From assembly GCA_040954595.2 (NCBI GenBank), contig CM082578.2, positions 8,169,519-8,233,518 of the forward strand: 64,000 bases of DNA, written 5' to 3'. This document shows positions 56,176 to 64,000 of this stretch, one piece after another. This DNA comes from Balanoglossus misakiensis. Lineage: Eukaryota > Animalia > Hemichordata. Under the pieces are notes generated by a model. It was not told where the DNA came from and made no database searches. It was given only the letters and a program-made list of their open reading frames with translations. A program made the position numbers and the translations under genes. Within the stretch, counting starts at the first letter, position 1; each line of letters starts with the position of its first letter.

Positions 56176-58428
56176 AATACGGACATGCACATAGTGCCTT
56201 GTTTTTTTTCTTTCTAAGCACTAGATTTCCACCATTCTTATCTTCTATGGTTTAGTATTTTATTTTTAATTTTTTTAAATATTCTGTCATGTTTATAGAA
56301 TAATTGATTTCACTGTCGTTCAACACCTAGATCATGTACTGGGCAGATTAAGGGGCAAACTGTTTGATAACCATATCAATTCTGCTAATATTTTTTCAAC
56401 TGGGCCAAGATCTGCATACCGGTAACCTTGTTCGAAACATTCAACTACTATCAATATTAAACAGATATCAAAAATTGGCAAAATTTTCAGGTCATAACAC
56501 GTCTCAGTTAAGTATACTTGCATCTTCTTGTCAACACGTGAACCACACTTCTGGAAATCGATATCTTCCTTCCCTTTGCATGAAATTTGAGGGTGTAATT
56601 GCATCACATGGGAATTCATTTCCGGCAATTACATGTTAGATTAATTTCTATATATGACCTCATGCATGTCCTTTCTAGCGGATAATCTTTTAATGATGAT
56701 CATGTTCTTTATATGATAGAGAATGTGTTGTTATAGCAACAAAGGGTCTCAGTGGTGATGGCATCTGCAACTTCAAGGCTTCAGAAGTGCTGGCCATGGA
56801 AGACTCGCATGTTTCAATTAATGGTGCAGGTTGTTGATCAATGTTATCTCGATACAAACTGATTTTCTTGATTAAAAACAACGGAAGACTGAAAAGTGAC
56901 CCTGTCATCAGGAACTCATATGAGAACCGGCCGGGGATAGTGGACTACACCTTCAAATTCATCTCTCATTCAGAGCAATACACACAAACTGAGACTCAGA
57001 CTTCAACCGTTTCATTTCTCGGCGTTTATTTTATTTCCACTCAATTTACATTCTTTGTACATTTTTTCTCCACTGTGGGACCGAAATACCCATTCCACCG
57101 TGTCTTGTAAATATGACCGTGAAACACCCTCTGCTGAGCTGTCTGACATGACACAACCACCAGCTCTGTTACAGATACAAAACGTACTGATGAATCTGGG
57201 ACAGTACATGCAAGTGGCGATTCTGCTTGGATTGTGTACATATCTTGTGAGTTGTGCTTTGCAGAAAAGCAAGATCAGTTTCTGGTCATTTTTCAGCATT
57301 TGTGTCAATGCACAGTGTATTTTGGTTATTTCGTTCCAACAGTGAACTTGGTCCCATGGGAGCAAAGTTGCCATCTTTTAATACATTACTTTTTACTTCA
57401 ATGTTGAGTAGTTTCTCTTGGCCTGAGCTTACTGAACACATTTGTTGGAATTGCTGCTCTTCCCAACACACAGTTTCATCTTGGGCATATTTTTGTTGGC
57501 ATATTTCATGCCAACTACCAAAGGAAAACCAAATGTCCACAGCTGGCCATTAAAAATAACTTCCATATTGAATAAAACTGGTCAAAATTGTCCTAAAAAT
57601 AGCAACTTTGCCCCCAAACCATCCAGTAACCAATATGTTTGAAGATCACACTGCCTTTTTACAGTTTTCAATACGTCCACTCATTTGCATGTAACTTTAA
57701 CCCTTGTGTTCCATGAACAGACAGACATATATGTACCGTTAATACATAAGCCCATGATCTATTGTAGTATGTATGGGCCACGCCTAAATAGGCATACTGT
57801 GGAATAAAATGTCAAACGCTGACTACTGCAGTGTTATTTTAAACCACCTGACGCACAAAAAGTCATGTGATTACAGTGCTAACACATGGTAAACCTGCAT
57901 ACACAGGATATGCATATCTCTACATTTCCCTTTCACGCATATGGTCTTGTTTGTACTGCAGTAAATCCCAATTCTGAGTTTTGTCTATTACATGGGTTCC
58001 AAGGTTACTGTTACATGCGAAGTGTTGACAGTGTGCACCTGACAAACAGATTTTTTCCACACTCTTTCTGTATGTCACCTGTGACAAGATGTGGTGTTGA
58101 GTTGACCGTCTCTCTGATGTAGAACTTTTCACAGGGTTTCGGAAACCCCACATTTTTATGTAAATATTCTTTTCAAATTGTACCAGTACAACAGCAGGTG
58201 ACTGCTGTGCACATTTTGGTTGAGATTTAACTGCCTCTTTGACATTTTTCACTGTTCTAAAGCTGCCTTTGGTATTCGTGGTCACAACTTTAAGTCACAC
58301 ATACAGAGCCAGATGATGGTACACACTGTAGACGCAGGCCGTCTGACAAGCATGCTTAGCTGAGTTTGGGAATTGTATATGGATTTCAACTACTCTACTC
58401 TGGCAGACCAGCTGCCTGCCTCCTTTAA

Positions 58429-58602
58429 AGGTATACGGTCACCTATACAAATTTAGCCACAGTTACCATGGTAAATTGAGATCTAACCAATCACAGATTT
58501 TCAGTGGGTGGCACACGCGAAAATAAAGTGTTCTTTAGAACACTCAAATACGCCATTTCAACTATATATGGCGATATGTAAATTGGAGGTGACCGTATAC
58601 CT
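58429..58602. mobile_element. 174-bp MITE with 16-bp TIRs and TTAA duplication (Kolobok-like)
   Basis: TTAA|aggtatacggtcacct ... aggtgaccgtatacct|TTAA. RR...YY termini with a TTAA target duplication are typical of the Kolobok superfamily. Confidence 0.8.
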
Positions 58603-59652
58603 TTAACCTATCTTACATGTGTACCTTTACAATAATTGAAGTCAAAGACAGAAATGACAACACTGAGACAACTGAAGAAATAATTTTCCTTGTCAGTGAG
58701 AAAAAAAATTCTTGTCCTGTTTCTGACTATTTTTGACATCAAATTACAGCCATTTCAGGAATGGAGCTCAAATGTTACAATACAGTAAGAGGATTTCTTG
58801 TTGAATATTCCTTCAAAATATTTCAGGCACAACATTCATCGAGGAAATGGCTGATAATTCTTTACTGATCACCAAAACATTCAGATGAGGTTTTGTGTTA
58901 ATTTTTCTATCTGTATTTCTGGTAGTAACACCAAATTGTGAACAACAGCTGTTACAATTAAGATGTTTCATGGTTGGTAAAAAATAGTCAGAACATGACA
59001 ACAATAATACAGAAATCATAAACTGTAGAAAATAAAATGTAATGGTGGAAAGATAGGGTACAGAAATGCAGCAATGGCCACACAGATAAAATGTCACATC
59101 AAGATGTCAACATACAGAATACACCATACTGTGTTTAATTAAGAATTTTCAAGCTCTCTCTTAAACAAAGATGATAAAACTTCTCAGCTGCAAAATTTGA
59201 TAACTCACTGAAGCTAAAGAGTTCACACATCATCTGACAACAGCCTTAATGTTTCTAGTGGCTATTTGGAAGATTAAAAGAAAAATTTACAAATCAGACT
59301 AAACCAAAATGACCGCATGCATGATGCTAGCAAGAACAATTTGTTTTAGTCATGTTACTTCATCAATAAAGACTCGAAAATAGTTCAGCAGTATAAAGTT
59401 TCTAAGAAATTTTGGGACAATAAAACAAACAATTTAAGAAAGATGTGATTGGTACACATGTAAGTAAGTTGAAAGAGACTGCTGTATGTGACAGCACTAC
59501 TCTACATTTGATATTTGATATGTTGTTTCACCCCCTCACCTCATTAACACACTCCACTCCCCCCCCCCCCTGCTAAATGGTCTCTGCCACTTAACAAAAA
59601 CAGCCAAACCAAATGCAGGGAAGACTGGTGGGGGGTAGGTAGTGTGGGCTGG

Positions 59653-62600
59653 CTAAGCCTTGACGGTACGGAGAAGCATTTCCTTCTCCTCGGAGGTGAG
59701 GAGCTCAAACTTTTCCCGATTCAAACACCGACACTCAGCTGAGCACCCTCGGGCTTTGAGCTCCATTCCGTTCTCCAGCCACACGTCCACCAAGGACTCC
59801 ACGAATCCGTCCATCATCTCGGTGGCGTGGAACGGCGTGGGAGCGATGCGCAGTTTTTCCTCCCCCCAGGCGACCGTCGGATAGTTGATGGCCTGCACGT
59901 AGATGTTGTGCTTCTTCATCATGTCGTTGGCGACGCTGGTGCACTTTTCGGGGTTTCCCACCTGCCAAGAGCGAGGCATGCAACTGATTGTCAATAATCA
60001 CGATGATTTTTCCACATGTCTAACTGTTGCAGCGCTATTTGTCAAACACAAGTGTAGTTTGCTTCAGAGGCTTCTTGTCGTGCGAAAATACATCTACATG
60101 TATACGCAACACATGCAGAAATGTTTAACTGAAGTTCAGCTGATACGTGTATTTGAAAAGTTGTACTTACATGGATAGGAATAATATGGCTTGGAGCATG
60201 GACCACTGGCAGACCAGCTCTTGTTAATTTATCCCTCAATTCTTTGACTTGTGCCTGGTGGCGTCTACGCAGCTCACGTCCTTCTGGACCACTTAGTACC
60301 TGTAGCCACACAACACAGAATAATTCGTGACTTTAAATTATTTTCAAAGGGAGATGGGGTCATTTATGTACTGTATTACAACAACATGACTAAGAAGTTT
60401 GATGTAGCCTGAAGGGCACTGATCGTGATATTGAACAGAGAAAGATTTCACTCTAATACTGGCACAGTAATTTTAAAAGTCATTAATACCTTGATGGCTG
60501 CACTTGCTCCAGCCAATACCATGGGTGGCAAAGCCGTGGTGAAGATGAATCCAGAAGCATAGCTTCGAACCATGTCAATAGTCTTGGCGGTGCTAGTGAT
60601 GTAGCCACCAATGTTACCAAATGCTTTTCCTGGAGGAGTGAAACAGCAGTGCAATTAGAGTGAGGAACATGTTTGTAGTTCAGAGTCAGAAAGGGTGTAC
60701 GCATTAAGGATTTAGCAGACAGGATTACAAGATGATTTCAAAAGGCCCTCCACGTGTTTCTACGAACATAATTTTGTCTTTGCGACAACTGAAAAACTAC
60801 ATGTATTTTTGTTCTGGGAAAAAGGAAAACAAAATCTATGAACACTGGTTGGAGTCACAAAAGCTCACTTGTTGAAGTCTTGCCACAAAAGATTCGACTT
60901 ACCCAGGGTTCCAGAAATTATATCAATTTGATCCATGATTCCATCCCTCTCAGCGACACCAGCTCCGTGTTCACCATACAAGCCGACGGCATGCACTTCA
61001 TCCACAAACGTGAGGGCTCCGTATCGATGAGCCACTTCGCACAGTTCCTTCAGCGGGCAGATGTCTCCTGATGATCAGACATGAAATTGAAGGGTGATGA
61101 AATGTTTCATTGTGAAAAAAACCCAGAATGATGCTCTTTGAAAACTAATATTCTCATGAATCCAGAAAAACACTTTATATTTGTCGCCTATCCACTTAAC
61201 CCCAGTTCCCTCTAAAGCGGTCCAATCTTACTGTAGAAAACAATGGGTTTGGACTGAACCATGGTTGTGAAAGGGTTTAACAGTTACAACTCGCTCTCAA
61301 GTTGAGTTTTGTTTGAATCACAGAAAATAGCATCAGTGTAAAAAAAAACTAGACATCATCAAAAGCCTGTTGGTTGTTTTATTTTCCTTCCTGGCTATTT
61401 CAAACTGTCATCACTCACCCGTCATTGAGTGCACGGTCTCAAATGCCACAATCTTGGGTTTCGACTTGTCCGACTTCTTCAGCAGTTCCTCCAGATGTTC
61501 AGGATCGTTGTGCCGGAACACGAACTTGGGAACACCGCTGTTGCGGATCCCTTGTATCATGGAGGCGTGGTTTCCGGCGTCGGAGTAAAACTCGCATCCT
61601 GCAGAACATTGCAGTGGCATAATAAATGTCATGTTTTTGCATAGTCAAGCATTGGATGTTCAGACTTGAAACATGATATAATATATACAAGTGCTGCATG
61701 TAAACCTGTTCAGATACAAAACCTCAGAATATCTACTAGACTTGTTCATTGAAAATGTTATGCATGTGCTTGTGAGTTGAGTACACATTTATCTGCCCCA
61801 GTATATGAAGTTTACATCTGTTTTATCAGTCTGCAAGGAAACATTTGATAATTCACAAGACTAGCGTCATATTTTTTTTTTCAAAATTACTGACCTGGTA
61901 GGGCTTTGGCTAAGGTGAACAGGGTGGAATCATTAGCCACATAACAGGAGGTGAAGACCAGACCAGCTTCTTTCTGGTGAAGTTCCGCCAGTTGTTTTTC
62001 CAGTGCCTCATGGTAGGTAGTGTTGCCGGATATATTACGCGTTCCGCCCGCTCCGGCACCACGTTTTTCCAGAGTTTCCCTGGAAATTGGGGAAAAAATG
62101 AAAACCTCACATCAACAATCTATGATCAAAAACGTTTCATTATTTACAAGAATATTGTACATTGATCACGCATAACCTCAGGGCAAATTATTTAGTTTGA
62201 GCACCAATGAATTATGCACAGAAAAATTTCATTTCTGACTCTACTTCTTGGCTGTGTATGAGGAATATAATTGAATATAAAGGCACAAGCCATGTGTGGT
62301 GAATTGTAGCAATGTAATTTCTATGACAGCATTTCAGATTATCCCAAAAGAGAGGAAACAGCCTTGAGATCGACAAATCTATCTACAAAGTTCACACAGA
62401 TTTTGTTTGACTGCAACGAACTCTGTCAGTACAACTACTATAGTGGAAATTAAGTCACTGTGTGTGACATGCTAGCCATCACAGTACTGGTAATAAAAAC
62501 CTGCTGGTAGCACCGATTCTTTATGGTCGGAAGTAACAAGTAATGCTGGTACGGTCTCTCTTTATTCACGAATTGCTTCTTGCTTCTCTCTCAAAATCAA

Positions 62601-64000
62601 TAACAACTCTGCTGCATGCCTGATGACACAAGGTCACCTTGATGTGACCTCTAAGCCATCCGCAAAGAGACCCTTCTCTATTAATTTACACTTCTATCAT
62701 AATAATCTCCTATAAATCACGATTTGTTCAACACCACGCTGAGAGCCTGCTTTCACTTTTATGAGGCCATGCATCTCATTACTCTCCGATTGTAAAAAAA
62801 ACCCAGGGTGGAAATCCATCAGCTTTCAGTCAATTAACCATCATCTCCCTAAATCTCCCCTTTCCACATTTACGAGCAATTTGTCGTCCTCATTAAGGCA
62901 ATGCAGCCGACTCTACAGAAAGTCGCTTCACTGCACACAGATTTGCCAATTCTACAAGTCTTCACAATGAAGTCGCCATACGATTAGGATTATCCTTTCT
63001 TTAATACCCAAGAAATTTAATATCCTGTCCTTCTCAATGGGCTATCTTACTTTTTTGTATCAGGATCTACTTATCGTAATATGAATCATTTGTTGCCATG
63101 GATTCATCTCTATATTAAATTTATCATGACTGACGTTTTAAACTGACGCTACATTAGCGGTTTGGGGTACATGAACAGAGATGATTTGACTACAATATGA
63201 TTCCATTTATAACAAAGTGGAACTTAAGCATATTATTTTTATGATTTCTAGAGTGGTACTGAGTATTCTATGGCCTCACACCCACGCACTGCTCTAAATA
63301 CTCAAAGGTTTTCCACATATGTGGTAAACTGAACAGCCTGTAGGTTGTGCTCGGAAATCATCACTGAATATAAATGGCCGTCTTAAATGCTGAATATTAA
63401 AGAGCAGTCTGTCCTGAAGTAGGACATGGATTGAAAAATCTATTTGAAAAGAGATGTTAACGTGTCAAGTTTAAACAGGCTGTAAATGTATTTGACCCAC
63501 AGGCTTCGACTCACTACCTTTAATATACTTGTTATTCGATCTTACACAGCGCCTTTGCAGTTTAATGTGCAGTCTGTTGATAACCGACACTCAGGAAATT
63601 AATACTGTGCCAAAATAAATGATGCCTATACATGTAATTCACAATGCAATCACCCTTCCATCAGTAAGTACATGTAAACCTGGCTTGGTCAGTATCCGTA
63701 ACACAGTGACATCTATCCATGAACCTTCATAAAGCCCACACACATGTTCCAATGACAACAGTTCCATTAAATAACCAGGAGTTTGCTGTACGTGACATCA
63801 ATCTACTATTCGCAAAATATCTCTGCAACATGATCGTCCCCTGAGCAGGAAATGAAGGCAAAACTTACACGACGGCTTGTTTGACTGCCGGGTGCCTACT
63901 CATGGCCAGATAGTCGTTGCTGCACCACACAGTGATGGGTTTTCCGGGCTCCCCTTCATTAGTGATGCCGGAAAACTCCCGGGCGTACGGAAACTGCTTA
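59653..64000 (-). CDS. ALAS: 5-aminolevulinate synthase (mitochondrial, PLP-dependent), 3' part; continues beyond the window
   Basis: Exons >64000-63869 ([16 protein letters not shown]), 62079-61895 ([24 protein letters not shown]), 61598-61419 ([33 protein letters not shown]), 61067-60903 ([19 protein letters not shown]), 60629-60490 ([22 protein letters not shown]), 60299-60171 (SHIIPIH), 59961-59653 ([18 protein letters not shown]). Confidence 0.96.
61196..61280 (-). mobile_element. Copy of the ~90-bp piggyBac-like MITE in an ALAS intron
   Basis: ttaaccccagttccct...tagaaaacaatgggtttggactgaaccatggttgtgaaagggtttaa, reverse-complement match to 44469-44565. Confidence 0.7.

Overview
Intron-rich, AT-rich animal genomic DNA, probably a marine invertebrate and possibly a hemichordate or other deuterostome (inferred from gene structure and repeat content, not proven). 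Eight protein-coding genes were reconstructed by hand from splice sites and reading phase. They are: the 3' part of MON2 (+, 106-9995); a ~17-exon arylsulfatase B/I/J-like gene that is almost invisible in the ORF track (-, 13486-19308); two tandem CTHRC1-like paralogues (-, 21816-25114 and 26065-27798); a Cys-rich secreted, probably GPI-anchored protein (-, 29813-32961); ALG12 (-, 42065-47617), head-to-head with CCDC51 (+, 49268-50815); and the 3' part of 5-aminolevulinate synthase (-, 59653->64000). The most notable signals are: (1) two unrelated long-palindrome families whose mismatches all form tandem GA/AG pairs, G-T wobbles and GNA/GNNA loops on one strand only, suggesting mobile elements that act as folded single-stranded DNA (one family has three ~99% identical 315-bp copies); (2) a sulfatase that keeps CxPSR but lacks the catalytic GKWHLG motif; (3) a candidate 39-nt MON2 microexon; (4) a probable 159-bp gene-conversion tract between the CTHRC1 copies; (5) a U12-type intron in ALG12. 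Several MITE families are also present. All coordinates were counted manually and no database searches were run.
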